Shown: positions 1 to 9,707, numbered from the stretch's first letter. The stretch is DNA of 64,000 nt from an uncultured virus (IMG/VR IMGVR_UViG_3300036769_000405) (IMGVR_UViG_3300036769_000405), one strand, 5' to 3'. The notes: generated by a model from the sequence alone, not told the origin. Made by a program: numbers and translations.

Positions 1-1
1 A

Positions 2-751
2 GATGATATTGAATTCGATTACATCTCTAAGCATGACTTCAATAAATTTAAAGATCGTGATTATATGATAACTGGTAATATGTATGTAAACGATGAGTGT
101 GACCAACGTGATAGAGTTGTTGTAGTAACTCGTGATCCAGATAAAACAAAGTCCTACCATTTTAAACATGATAAACCCCATAAGATGACTTTTCAAGATA
201 AACTTGAAATCAGTATTAGTAAAGGTTATGTTCAAGTAAATGAGAAGACTTTTGTACGCCTTATCGATAAAAGATTAGGTGATATGTTGATTCCATGTTT
301 GATTGCAGTTTTACTGCTTTCATTTATTATTTTAATCTGTACACAAAATCAAGAGGCAGCTAAAGATAACATCACACTATCTATTGCTGAATCCACTGAG
401 TGGAGTAAGGAGCTTCCAGATAACAATGTAAATGAAGAGATCATAGAGTATACAGATATCCCTGGTTATGGGGATTTAACAGTATCTGAAGAAGACCCTT
501 ATGTGAACTTAATTAACTTGCCTGGAAATACAGTATTAATGTCCTATACTATAGTTAACGATGAAACTGAAGAAGTTATTTATGAAACTGAGGGTGTTAT
601 AGAAGCAGGTAAAATGGTACCTGTTGACTTTTATAATTTACTTGGTGAATCTGGTGTATATGATTTAACGTTTGTTATTCATACTTACGATGATACAACG
701 CAGGCTGCTTGTAATACAGTTGATCAGAATGTGCAGGTAACAGTTAAATGA
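2..751 (+). CDS. 5'-truncated membrane protein with C-terminal beta-rich (Ig-like) extracellular domain
   Basis: The frame of ORF 65..751 is open back to base 2. Hydrophobic segment LIPCLIAVLLLSFIILIC is followed by an acidic beta-rich domain (DIPGYG...NLPGNTV...GVYDLTF). Confidence 0.6.
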   Translation, partial: DDIEFDYISKHDFNKFKDRDYMITGNMYVNDECDQRDRVVVVTRDPDKTKSYHFKHDKPHKMTFQDKLEISISKGYVQVNEKTFVRLIDKRLGDMLIPCLIAVLLLSFIILICTQNQEAAKDNITLSIAESTEWSKELPDNNVNEEIIEYTDIPGYGDLTVSEEDPYVNLINLPGNTVLMSYTIVNDETEEVIYETEGVIEAGKMVPVDFYNLLGESGVYDLTFVIHTYDDTTQAACNTVDQNVQVTVK

Positions 752-939
752 CAAAGACAAACAATCTAAGTTCTAGATGTTATTATGGGTGTTCTAAATG
801 TAATAATTGTATTCATAATGTCTCTAAGTATACTGGAGGTAAAATAACTTTAGACTGTGATTTAGGTAAGTACTACGAATCTAAATTTGATAGTTTTAAA
901 GATAAGATTAAAAGATTTTTTAATGGAGGTAAAAAGTAA
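748..939 (+). CDS. Small Cys-rich hypothetical protein
   Basis: ATGA overlap with upstream stop; CxxxCxxCxxC pattern. Confidence 0.5.
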   Translation: MTKTNNLSSRCYYGCSKCNNCIHNVSKYTGGKITLDCDLGKYYESKFDSFKDKIKRFFNGGKK

Positions 940-968
940 GTATTTATATAGTTAATATACTTTGCTTA

Positions 969-2675
969 ATGAGTTATATGACAGAATGTGTTAAAACAAA
1001 AACAAGAGGGATAAGCATTAGAACAAAGATCACGTCTTTATGTATGATATTGAACTTACTTGCAATTATAGTTGTAAGTTTACAATTATATTACAGGTCT
1101 AAATCAGGATTAATAGAAGTTGGTAAAGAAGATGCAATATTTGCTGCTGAAGCTTTATCTAACATGGTAAACGCTACAGGGTTAGAAAATACAGACGCTT
1201 TGCAGGAGATGTTAACAGAGGCAGTTAGTAGTACTAAGTTGTTGCGTACATTTATCATCGATACTAATCATAAGTATCTTGTTGACACTAATTCAGCAGG
1301 AGAGGTAAATGATGATAGCAGTATAATTAACAACTGCATTACTGCAGGTGAAGCTATTTCTGAAAATGATATGACTTACTTTAATTCAACGCCTATCCTG
1401 ACTTCCTATATCCCACTGAGAGATGAGTCTGGAAGCATTGTAGCTGTGCTCGGTGTTAACTTCGATTACAGTTCCATACAGCAGAGTTTGAAAGGATTAC
1501 GTACAAGATTTTTAGGTAGTGTTCCATTCTATTTAATCTTAAGTGCTATTGTAGTTGTATTTGTTGCTACAAGAATTTCAAACAGTATTTATAATGTTAC
1601 AGGAAAGTTACATGAACTTAATAATAGTGGCGGTGATTTAACTAAGAAGCTAAATGTAACTTCTGCAGATGAATTAGAATTGCTTTCTGGAGAACTTAAT
1701 AACTTCCTTGATTATTTAAACAATATTATATCATCTATATCTCACACATCCAGTGATTTGAAAGATTCAGTTGATACTGTTGGTGATAATATTGTCGACA
1801 CTTCACATCAAATTTCAGATGTTTCAGCTACATTAGAAGAAATGAGTGCCATGGCGCAACAGACTGCAGCTTCCATTAATCAGATTCATCAGTATTCAAG
1901 AAATATGAGTACTGCTATGGATGTTGTTAATAATAACGTTGAAGAGGGATTAAAACACACAGACGAGATTAGTTGTCGTGCTAACAACTTACTTAACAAG
2001 GCAGTCGAATCCAAGGAATTAACTGGAAGTACTATCCAGCAAATACACGATAATGTATCACAGAAGATTGAAGAATCTGCAAAAGTAATCCAGATCCAGG
2101 AATTAACAAAACAGATCCTCAATATTGCTACGCAAACCAATATGTTATCTCTTAATGCCTCTATTGAAGCTGCTCGTGCTGGAGATGCTGGTCGTGGATT
2201 TGCAGTGGTAGCAGAAGAGATTGGAAAGCTTGCAGATGACTCAGGAAGCATTGCAAATCAGATCAAAGAAATAAGTAACACAGTTATTGAAAGTGTTAAT
2301 GCTCTTATAAATGAAACAAAGAACACATTGAGTTTTATGCAAGATAAGGTTCTTCCGGATTATGATAGTCTAGTGGAGACTGGACGTCAATATAATGAGG
2401 ATGCTACCTTTATGAAAGATATGATGAAGAAATTCAATCAGGGAGCTTTGGATGTTAAAACTGAGATTGAAGAAACAGAAGATTCATTGAATAGTATTAC
2501 AATGGCTACAGATGAAAATGCTAAGGGCATTGAAAGTGCTGCTATTGCTGTCAATGATTTAGTTGAAAATATTAACAAGATTGAAGCTAAGTCTAATGAT
2601 AATATTCAAAGTATAAGAAATCTTACAAACATCATTTCTCAGTTTAAGTATGAAGATACTACCTGCTTAAATTAA
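969..2675 (+). CDS. Methyl-accepting chemotaxis protein (TM-Cache-like sensor-TM-HAMP-signalling domain)
   Basis: Hairpin-tip signature [37 protein letters not shown]; two TM helices; [22 protein letters not shown]. Confidence 0.95.
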   Translation: MSYMTECVKTKTRGISIRTKITSLCMILNLLAIIVVSLQLYYRSKSGLIEVGKEDAIFAAEALSNMVNATGLENTDALQEMLTEAVSSTKLLRTFIIDTNHKYLVDTNSAGEVNDDSSIINNCITAGEAISENDMTYFNSTPILTSYIPLRDESGSIVAVLGVNFDYSSIQQSLKGLRTRFLGSVPFYLILSAIVVVFVATRISNSIYNVTGKLHELNNSGGDLTKKLNVTSADELELLSGELNNFLDYLNNIISSISHTSSDLKDSVDTVGDNIVDTSHQISDVSATLEEMSAMAQQTAASINQIHQYSRNMSTAMDVVNNNVEEGLKHTDEISCRANNLLNKAVESKELTGSTIQQIHDNVSQKIEESAKVIQIQELTKQILNIATQTNMLSLNASIEAARAGDAGRGFAVVAEEIGKLADDSGSIANQIKEISNTVIESVNALINETKNTLSFMQDKVLPDYDSLVETGRQYNEDATFMKDMMKKFNQGALDVKTEIEETEDSLNSITMATDENAKGIESAAIAVNDLVENINKIEAKSNDNIQSIRNLTNIISQFKYEDTTCLN

Positions 2676-2689
2676 CTAGGAGGTTTACT

Positions 2690-3097
2690 ATGTCAGTGTA
2701 TTGTGGGGATTCTTTTTATACTGATGTAACATCAAGAGAAGAACTTAGTAAGTTCATTATCCTTACAAAGGATTATGATAAAATAAAGCAACTATCAGAA
2801 GTGCTTAATTTTTCACGTAAGAATTTTGGTTATATCAGCGATGTCTATTTTTATGTAATTGGATGTATGCAGAAATCTGAATTTAAAAAGATGAGAGATT
2901 TAATTAATTCTAGCAAATATCCAAGTGCTTTGGATAATTGTTTGTGCATTGTTCAACATTATGCAGCAGATGACTTAGTATTGGAAAATGGTAACTATTC
3001 ATTATCTATATGGAATTGGTTTGATGAAAGAGATTACTATAGATTACCTAAGGATATTAATATTAAGGAAGTTGTAAAACTGTTTTTAACTTCATGA
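2690..3097 (+). CDS. Hypothetical protein
   Basis: 135-aa ORF with AGGAGG RBS. Confidence 0.65.
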   Translation: MSVYCGDSFYTDVTSREELSKFIILTKDYDKIKQLSEVLNFSRKNFGYISDVYFYVIGCMQKSEFKKMRDLINSSKYPSALDNCLCIVQHYAADDLVLENGNYSLSIWNWFDERDYYRLPKDINIKEVVKLFLTS

Positions 3098-3416
3098 ACA
3101 GCACACTTTAGAGTTAATTATTACACAAGAAAGTGAGGACTTAGTACTTACAAGTTGAAATAGTCTAATTTTGATAAGTGCTATGTCCTACTTACTGTAT
3201 CTATCTTTAAAATTTATATTTTGTATTAATTGTTTCAACAATTATTGTTAGGTATTGTTTGAATAATAATAAAGCTAAAGATAAAACTTTTATATAAAAT
3301 TCTACTTTTTCTTTAATATTACATATTATTATAGAATAGTAAGAATATTTATACTATTCTTGTTATATCGTACGATGCTAGTGCCAAGCACTAACATTAG
3401 TACACTTCTTTCTGTT

Positions 3417-3524
3417 GGACTGTATTAGTGGGTTGGTAACACCGTTGTGAATACATTAGCTCAACGCATAGGAACAACCTGTTCTGTTCTATGAGTGGTA
3501 GGTTCGAATCCTACATGCAGTCCA
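3417..3524 (+). ncRNA. Atypical tRNA-like RNA (~108 nt) with long extra arm
   Basis: GGACTGTAT (3417-3425) pairs with ATGCAGTCC (3515-3523, one G-U). Canonical T-arm GTAGG-TTCGAAT-CCTAC (3498-3514); D-like arm GTG-GGTTGGTAA-CAC; long arm CATAG-GAACA/TGTTC-CTATG; ends ...TCCA. Anticodon arm is non-canonical. Confidence 0.6.
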
Positions 3525-3557
3525 GAAGAAGTTATCTTATATTTTAGGAGGTATCTT

Positions 3558-3872
3558 ATGAGTACTGTAAATCTTTTAAGAATTCAGTTAAACACAGAGC
3601 ATATATCACGTGTTCGCTGGACAAGGTTTTATTTAAGAATAATGGGTATGTGTACAACTTTCAATGTGGATTCAGCCTGGTGGTTAATGTCTGTATTGTC
3701 TGTATTATGTGTAGTCGATACGTGTTATTCTAATTACAAGCATTTCAGCAAGTTATTGATTGATGATTATGGTCATGATTATACAATAGCTTGGGAATGT
3801 TTTCAGTTTCTAATTGGTGTAATTATTGCTTCAGTTATAGTTGTTCTTAATTACATAATTATGTTTGGTTAG
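3558..3872 (+). CDS. Small membrane protein
   Basis: ATG at 3558 follows AGGAGG (the track start 3495 lies inside the tRNA-like element); 2-3 hydrophobic segments. Confidence 0.6.
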   Translation: MSTVNLLRIQLNTEHISRVRWTRFYLRIMGMCTTFNVDSAWWLMSVLSVLCVVDTCYSNYKHFSKLLIDDYGHDYTIAWECFQFLIGVIIASVIVVLNYIIMFG

Positions 3873-3886
3873 GAGGTTATACTTAA

Positions 3887-4057
3887 ATGAATACAGCATT
3901 AGTACTTATGATTGAACTTAACACAGGCTGGTATGTAACACTAGCTGGTGCTTCACGAAGTGTTAAGAAGCCTAATGATATTATAACTGGAATTCTAATT
4001 GGTTGTGGACTGTGTGCTATGTTATTATCAGTTATTAATCTTTATGCACTTTGTTAG
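3887..4057 (+). CDS. Small membrane protein, 56 aa (not in ORF track)
   Basis: AGGAGG RBS; MNTALVLMIELNTGWYV...ILIGCGLCAMLLSVINLYALC; its stop overlaps the next RBS. Confidence 0.55.
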   Translation: MNTALVLMIELNTGWYVTLAGASRSVKKPNDIITGILIGCGLCAMLLSVINLYALC

Positions 4058-4070
4058 GAGGTACTTCATT

Positions 4071-4322
4071 ATGATTAAATGTATATTATTACGTATTACT
4101 ACCGTAGTTATCTTTGTTGCAGGATTGTTATCAATTGTCTATGCAGAGTTTCATGTAGATGCTTGTGCTGTTTATTTACCTTTTATTATTTCATGTGTTA
4201 TTTTATTTGTAGCATTTATTGATGCTGCATTAGCAGAGATCGCATTTACATTGGAGTGTAAACTCGAAAATCAGAAAGACAACAAAACCTTAGTAGAGTA
4301 CTTGAATGATCTTGAGTCTTGA
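4071..4322 (+). CDS. Small two-TM membrane protein
   Basis: AGGAGG before ATG 4071; two hydrophobic helices. Confidence 0.6.
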   Translation: MIKCILLRITTVVIFVAGLLSIVYAEFHVDACAVYLPFIISCVILFVAFIDAALAEIAFTLECKLENQKDNKTLVEYLNDLES

Positions 4323-4342
4323 ACCTTTAGGAGGTAGATTCT

Positions 4343-4852
4343 ATGAAATTTAATTACGTAGAAAAATTACCTGAGATAATTGAAGATAACTTATCTTTAA
4401 TAACAGATGTTGTCAATGTGGCTCAAAAAGATACTATATCTAAAGATAGAACAATTGTTATGCGTATTGATTTGGAGGATACTAGGTTAATTCAAAACCT
4501 TTCAAAAGACATGCCATTCAAAGATTTATATCTTGTAGCAAATGCAAAGGATTTGAGAATTGCTTATATTGTACTATATTCTCTACCATATTTTAAAACA
4601 AACATTTTCTTGCCTGATATTCAGGTAGATTTAGCAACAGGAACCTGTTATAAAACTTTGGTAACTGATACAGAAATTTATTTGGCTGCTATTGTTTTTA
4701 CAGATAAGACTTGTTGCATTAATTACTTTGAAGATACAGATTACGTAATCAAACATAATACTGTAAGACGCTTATTCAGTAATATTTATCTAACAGAATT
4801 GCAGAAAGAACATATTACAGCAAATGATTGGGATTACGAAGAAACTGATTAA
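4343..4852 (+). CDS. Hypothetical protein
   Basis: 169-aa ORF, AGGAGG RBS. Confidence 0.65.
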   Translation: MKFNYVEKLPEIIEDNLSLITDVVNVAQKDTISKDRTIVMRIDLEDTRLIQNLSKDMPFKDLYLVANAKDLRIAYIVLYSLPYFKTNIFLPDIQVDLATGTCYKTLVTDTEIYLAAIVFTDKTCCINYFEDTDYVIKHNTVRRLFSNIYLTELQKEHITANDWDYEETD

Positions 4853-4874
4853 ACTGAAAGGACTTATTTTAAAA

Positions 4875-5663
4875 ATGAAGAAAATTAAAACATCTATCGA
4901 TTTACTTTCATTAATTATGGGAGCGTTACTTGCAACATGGATTCTGATTCTATTATATATATTTGTTTTATCAAAAAGAACCATAACAGTTTCTGATTCT
5001 ACAACACCGGTAGCGACCACAACTATATCATCAGAAGATGACACAGAAGTAACTTACAACACTTCTATAACAGATTGGGAAGTTACTTTGAATAGTGGTG
5101 AGACAGTAAATCTGCATACACCTGAAGATTTTTATTCACTGTCGGATCAGTATATGGTTAGTTTGGCTTCTTATTATGGTGTTGATGATATGACTTCAGA
5201 CTCCATTGTTGTAGTAGGTGATAATGCCAATACATTTAGTTCTGGCACGATCATCAACGCTGATTCTTTATCTGATGTAGCCTCCATGTTATCACAGATT
5301 TATGGAGAAGACGTTGATACAGATTCTATTGTGAATTCTGAAGCTTACACTTACATGACAACAGGTGAATTACCTAGTGATCTTCCTCTTAATTATGAAA
5401 TAGAGGAACTTGATACATATACTGTAAATGGTATTGAGTTTGTTGTTTATGAAGTTAATTATGACACTGAGTACTATTCTAGTGATGATACAGATGAGGA
5501 TAGTACAGAAATAGCTGAAGTTGAAACTGAAGTTGTACACACACAACAAATTTCATGTTACAGTAAAACAGAAGACTCTCTTGAAATTATTATTTATCAG
5601 GATGAGTTTGATAGAGATGCAGCATTATCGCTCTTAAAAGAATTCTTAGGAGTTGAAGAATAA
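4875..5663 (+). CDS. Single-pass membrane protein with acidic Thr/Ser-rich extracellular domain
   Basis: GAAAGGA RBS before ATG 4875; N-terminal TM; very acidic body. Confidence 0.7.
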   Translation: MKKIKTSIDLLSLIMGALLATWILILLYIFVLSKRTITVSDSTTPVATTTISSEDDTEVTYNTSITDWEVTLNSGETVNLHTPEDFYSLSDQYMVSLASYYGVDDMTSDSIVVVGDNANTFSSGTIINADSLSDVASMLSQIYGEDVDTDSIVNSEAYTYMTTGELPSDLPLNYEIEELDTYTVNGIEFVVYEVNYDTEYYSSDDTDEDSTEIAEVETEVVHTQQISCYSKTEDSLEIIIYQDEFDRDAALSLLKEFLGVEE

Positions 5664-5687
5664 TTTAAATTTGTATAAGGAGGTTTT

Positions 5688-6034
5688 ATGTTATGGTTCA
5701 TATTTTCACAAATATGTCCTATATGTAGGGAAAACGAAACAACTGTTTTAGTTACAGAAGAAGCTTTTAAGAAGTATAATAGAGGAGCTTCTGTTCAAGA
5801 GGCATTTCCTGAACTTAACGATTTTGATAAAGAGGTATTGGTTTCCGGTATGTGTTATGACTGTCAATCCATAACATTTAACAAACCAAAACCCAGTCCA
5901 CCTAAGGGTAAAAAAGTTGGTAGTTGTCCAATATGTGGTCGTGAATTGTATGAGGGTGATAGTTTATATCACCAGGTTATTTTAATTGTACTTCTTGTCA
6001 TTGCACTTACACTTTGGATGAATTAGCAGAATAA
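5688..6034 (+). CDS. Zinc-ribbon protein, apparently frameshifted near 5965
   Basis: CPIC...CYDC and a second CPIC whose partner CTSC lies in the -1 frame (ISPGYFNCTSCHCTYTLDELAE*, stop 6034). Confidence 0.55.
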
Positions 6035-6093
6035 TAAGAGTTTTAAACATTTATTTTAGTATAAGTATTTTTTACTTAAGGAGGTCTATACTT

Positions 6094-7047
6094 GTGGGAA
6101 TATCAAATTATGAAGTACAATACATGGAAGCTTTGAAAAGAATTTATGATGTAGGCTTTGCAGACGGTATAAATGAACGTACAGGTGTTGCTACCAAGAG
6201 GTTACCTGGTATTGTTATACAGGTTGATGTTGAGAAAGAGTTTCCAATTCTCAAATCAAAGAAAGTAGCCGGTATTACAGCCTTACGTGAAATCGAGTGG
6301 ATTTGGAAACAACAATCTAACAATATTCATGACCTTAGAGCACACATCTGGGATGAATGGGCTGATGCTAATGGTTCTATTAACAAAGCTTATGGATTCC
6401 AAATGGATCGTCCCATCTGCATTTACACTGATCCTGTAAATAAAACACCTGAATCATTTCGGTCATACAAGAATCAGGCTGAATATATTATCGAATATCT
6501 ACGTGAGTTTCCTAATGGTCGTTGGGGCGTGGCTACTATTTGGAATCCGGAAGAATTATCTGGTATGAATCTTGTACCTTGCTGCCACACTTCAACTTGG
6601 AATCTTGATGGCGGTAGATTGAATTGTCTTCTGGATCAAAGGTCTGGTGATATGCCATATGGTGTACCATTTAACACTACACAGTATGCTGAATTGATGT
6701 TCATGATTGCACGAGATCTTGATGTGAAGCCTGGAATACTTACACATGTAATAGCTGATGCTCACATTTATGATCGGCAGATGACGGGAGTTAAACAATT
6801 GTTTAACAATTACGAAGTTCTCAGCTTGATTGGTGATGGTAAAGAAGCAGAAGCTTTTGAGTTTGCAAAGACTATATCAGATGACCCTATCACATTGTTT
6901 AACAATGCTAAGTTCGCTTATCTTAATGAGCCAGAATTTGTAATTAACACAGATAAAAAGAGTTTCTTTGAGTACTCTGCTGATCAGTGTTATTTTAATG
7001 CGTATTATCACTGTGGTGATGTGAAGTTTGGAGATATTGTTGTATAG
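6094..7047 (+). CDS. thyA: Thymidylate synthase
   Basis: ERTG, FPIL, IWDEWAD, AYG.Q, catalytic PCCH, QRSGD...GVPFN, DAHIY motifs. Confidence 0.95.
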   Translation: MGISNYEVQYMEALKRIYDVGFADGINERTGVATKRLPGIVIQVDVEKEFPILKSKKVAGITALREIEWIWKQQSNNIHDLRAHIWDEWADANGSINKAYGFQMDRPICIYTDPVNKTPESFRSYKNQAEYIIEYLREFPNGRWGVATIWNPEELSGMNLVPCCHTSTWNLDGGRLNCLLDQRSGDMPYGVPFNTTQYAELMFMIARDLDVKPGILTHVIADAHIYDRQMTGVKQLFNNYEVLSLIGDGKEAEAFEFAKTISDDPITLFNNAKFAYLNEPEFVINTDKKSFFEYSADQCYFNAYYHCGDVKFGDIVV

Positions 7048-7059
7048 CAGCAATGCTTC

Positions 7060-7136
7060 ACGGATACTTCTATTGGCTAACCTTATTAAATCTTAATGAT
7101 TTTTAAGGTTATAGATTCGAACTCTATAGTATCCGT
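7060..7136 (+). ncRNA. tRNA-like/pseudo-tRNA element
   Basis: Perfect 9-bp stem ACGGATACT/AGTATCCGT; T-arm ATAGA-TTCGAAC-TCTAT (7111-7127); central hairpin AACCTTA..AAATC/GATTT..TAAGGTT; no proper D-arm. Confidence 0.55.
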
Positions 7137-7211
7137 TAATTCTCTACACTATGTTAATTCTGCATTAACACTTTCACTTATAATAAAATTTTTGATAGGA
7201 GGAGTATTGTT

Positions 7212-8078
7212 ATGAAAGTAAAGTGTAATTATTGCAGTAGCATGGTTGATGAAAATCTGGATGTTTGTCCTAATTGTGGTGCACCTATAACTGGTGTAAA
7301 ACGAACAGTTGATGTTACACCTAAAACAATTGAAGAGTTGTTATTATGGGCAAATAATCATAATTTACCGCTTAAGGATATGCGGTTTTTTATTGGTGAG
7401 AATTACAATAAACCACGTGCTTTTGGTATATACAAAAATTCTCACAATGAATTTGTTGTGTACAAGAATAAAGCAAACGGTGAACGTTCTATCAGATATC
7501 AAGGAGTAGATGAAGCTTATGCTGTTAATGAACTCTACATGAAGATGAAGAGTGAAATTATCAATCAGAAGCAAAATAACCCTAATTTGAGATCAACATC
7601 ATTCAGAACGGTACAAGCAACCACTGCAACGAAGTCAACTAAATCTATTGGTAGAACTCTTTTTGGTATTATTTATAGTTCACTATTCATTGCAGTATTA
7701 ATTGTTTGTATAGCAGTGCCTGTAATGAAATTTATAAATAATGGATCTAAGAATGGGTATTACGTTTATGACGATAATATTTATTATAAACTTGGTAATC
7801 TCTGGTATGTAAGTTATTTAACTTCTGATGGTAATTATGATTGGGAATCTACTGATGATTTGCCTTATTCATTATTAAATAACCTTGATGATTATTATTC
7901 AAGTAAAGATTATAGTAGTCAATATGGATGTTCTAATTTCAGATACTCTTCTGAATATCAGAATTATGTTGAATCTAATTGGAGTGATAATGATAGCTGG
8001 GATTCCGATTCGGATTATGATTGGAGTTCTAGTGATAGTTGGGATTCGAGTTATACAGATTGGGATTCTGATTGGTAA
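7212..8078 (+). CDS. Zinc-ribbon membrane protein with Ser/Asp/Trp-rich C-terminal tail
   Basis: CNYC...CPNCG at N-terminus, central TM, tail SWDSDSDYDWSSSDSWDSSYTDWDSDW. Confidence 0.8.
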   Translation: MKVKCNYCSSMVDENLDVCPNCGAPITGVKRTVDVTPKTIEELLLWANNHNLPLKDMRFFIGENYNKPRAFGIYKNSHNEFVVYKNKANGERSIRYQGVDEAYAVNELYMKMKSEIINQKQNNPNLRSTSFRTVQATTATKSTKSIGRTLFGIIYSSLFIAVLIVCIAVPVMKFINNGSKNGYYVYDDNIYYKLGNLWYVSYLTSDGNYDWESTDDLPYSLLNNLDDYYSSKDYSSQYGCSNFRYSSEYQNYVESNWSDNDSWDSDSDYDWSSSDSWDSSYTDWDSDW

Positions 8079-8100
8079 AATATCTGAAAGGAGTATTTAT

Positions 8101-8280
8101 ATGACAAAGTTAGATTAGTGTAAGGTAAATGCTTCAGAAGCTTTAATTAACTACTCAGATGAATATATTTTTAGAAATGAAAGTTGGGACGGACTTTATA
8201 TTGAAGCTGATAAGTTTCATTTAGACTATAAATATGTAGACTATTGGATTACTGAAGCTGAAAATAATTATGATGACTAA
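8101..8280 (+). pseudogene. Stand-alone copy of the WCxxNAPEAL domain inactivated by TGG>TAG
   Basis: GAAAGGAG RBS; MTKLD*CKVNASEALINYSDEYIF... aligns with LKWCRDNAPEALKDCSDEEVW at the C-terminus of 9112..9669, with the stop exactly at the Trp. Confidence 0.65.
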
Positions 8281-8292
8281 GGAGAGTCTACT

Positions 8293-8931
8293 ATGGAAAA
8301 ATCAAATTTAGAGATATATCAATTAGACGATCAACTTATTGAAAATATACTTATGCATAATAATGATTACACAATTCTTCAATGTTTAACGACACAAACT
8401 ATTTACAATATGTATAAGTACTACTATAATACAGTTAGTCCATACAATCCACGTTATACATTATTAGCTGTCCGTTTTATTTCAGGTAGACCGGCATTGA
8501 AAAACAAACGTAATATTATGGACTATAAGCAAAGATTCGTGGAAGATGTTGATGCTAAAGCTAAATCTTCCGATGTCGTCTATAAAGCATTGAAAGTAGC
8601 ACAAGCAACATTCATTGGAAGAATCGAAGTTGAACTTCGTGTACTCTACCATGATAATATGTTTGCTTTACACTTTAGAGATTCTAAATCAGGAATCTTT
8701 TATATTATGCAATTTAAAGCACCTACCGGATTCAAAAGTGCTAATTATACCGATTATGATTACTATTTAACAGATCTTAATAATTCTTATGACTATGCTT
8801 CAGATTTTGTTTTGAATTTTAGTATAAGAGTGCATGATATGGTAAGTGGTAAATCTCAATCTATCAGCTATACAGTTAGATTTACTAAGTATTTTGAGTT
8901 AGTAACCTTTGATCGTGAACACTTTAAATAA
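8293..8931 (+). CDS. Hypothetical protein
   Basis: 212-aa ORF with AAGGAG RBS. Confidence 0.65.
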   Translation: MEKSNLEIYQLDDQLIENILMHNNDYTILQCLTTQTIYNMYKYYYNTVSPYNPRYTLLAVRFISGRPALKNKRNIMDYKQRFVEDVDAKAKSSDVVYKALKVAQATFIGRIEVELRVLYHDNMFALHFRDSKSGIFYIMQFKAPTGFKSANYTDYDYYLTDLNNSYDYASDFVLNFSIRVHDMVSGKSQSISYTVRFTKYFELVTFDREHFK

Positions 8932-9002
8932 AGTATACTAAACAGATTATTGTAAGTACTAACTTTCAATAGATAAGTTTATTAAGAAAGGATGTGTTTT
9001 AT

Positions 9003-9107
9003 ATGCCTGAATCAGATAAGCATTTTATTAAGCAAGCAGTTGTATTTACAATCCTATTACTGGTTCCTGTTATTATTGTGTGTTACATTTCTGGGATGAG
9101 GTGGTAA
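9003..9107 (+). CDS. 34-aa single-TM peptide (not in ORF track)
   Basis: GAAAGGA RBS; MPESDKHFIKQAVVFTILLLVPVIIVCYISGMRW. Confidence 0.45.
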   Translation: MPESDKHFIKQAVVFTILLLVPVIIVCYISGMRW

Positions 9108-9111
9108 AAAT

Positions 9112-9669
9112 ATGGACGAGAACAACAACAATCGAACAAAACGTATCATGGATGCACTTGCATCACTTTACAAAAAAGCACAAGAGAATGATAAAGTAAA
9201 TGATTACGTTGATGAAGCTGAGAAGAAAGCTTCTGATGAAGAGAAAACTTCAAAAGCTGTAGCTTTAATCAATAATGTTAAAACATGTATTGCTATTGTT
9301 AAGGATTACTTTAAGGGTGATTACAAAGAGATCCCTTACAAAACACTTGCAAGCATTATCGGAGCTGTTATTTATTTCGCCGCTCCTATTGACATAATAC
9401 CAGACAGTTTTCTGGGTGGTTACTTAGACGATGTCATGGTAATGAATGCTGTATTTACTGCGGCTGCTATTGATATTGCTAATTATAAATCGTGGAAAGA
9501 AAAACAGGATGATGTTGTTGATGCAACTGTTGTTAAAGATGTACCAACTGAAGAAGCTTTGAAATGGTGTCGTGATAACGCCCCTGAAGCTTTAAAAGAC
9601 TGTTCTGATGAAGAAGTCTGGTCATATATGAAATCTTCTTATGATACTCTATCAGGACAGACTGTTTGA
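9112..9669 (+). CDS. YkvA/DUF1232 family protein with extra C-terminal domain
   Basis: YFAAPIDIIPDSFLGGYLDD matches the DUF1232 motif Y..SP.D.IPD....G.LDD. Confidence 0.85.
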   Translation: MDENNNNRTKRIMDALASLYKKAQENDKVNDYVDEAEKKASDEEKTSKAVALINNVKTCIAIVKDYFKGDYKEIPYKTLASIIGAVIYFAAPIDIIPDSFLGGYLDDVMVMNAVFTAAAIDIANYKSWKEKQDDVVDATVVKDVPTEEALKWCRDNAPEALKDCSDEEVWSYMKSSYDTLSGQTV

Positions 9670-9707
9670 TAATTTACCATTATTTGGTTCTTTGTCATAT
9701 TTCACTA

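Noticed and set aside
3444..3465. Assignment as tRNA-His (GTG) or tRNA-Sec (TCA)
   Set aside because: Both triplets occur but neither sits centred in a 7-nt loop on a 5-bp stem, so the isotype cannot be supported.
3495..3557. N-terminal extension MVGSNPTCSP of ORF 3495..3872
   Set aside because: It is the translated T-arm (GGTTCGAATCC) of the tRNA-like element; the RBS supports a start at 3558.
6094..7047. thyA as a DNA-hypermodification (dCMP/dUMP hydroxymethylase) gene
   Set aside because: It retains the dUMP-specifying Asn (GVPFN) and canonical ThyA motifs, and no modification cluster is nearby.
8101..8280. In-frame TAG suggesting stop-codon reassignment (genetic code 15 or TAG=Trp)
   Set aside because: Many genes, including thyA, dnaB and tadA, end cleanly at TAG (often as TAGGAGG with the next RBS), and long ORFs are intact under code 11. 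A single TGG>TAG mutation explains it.
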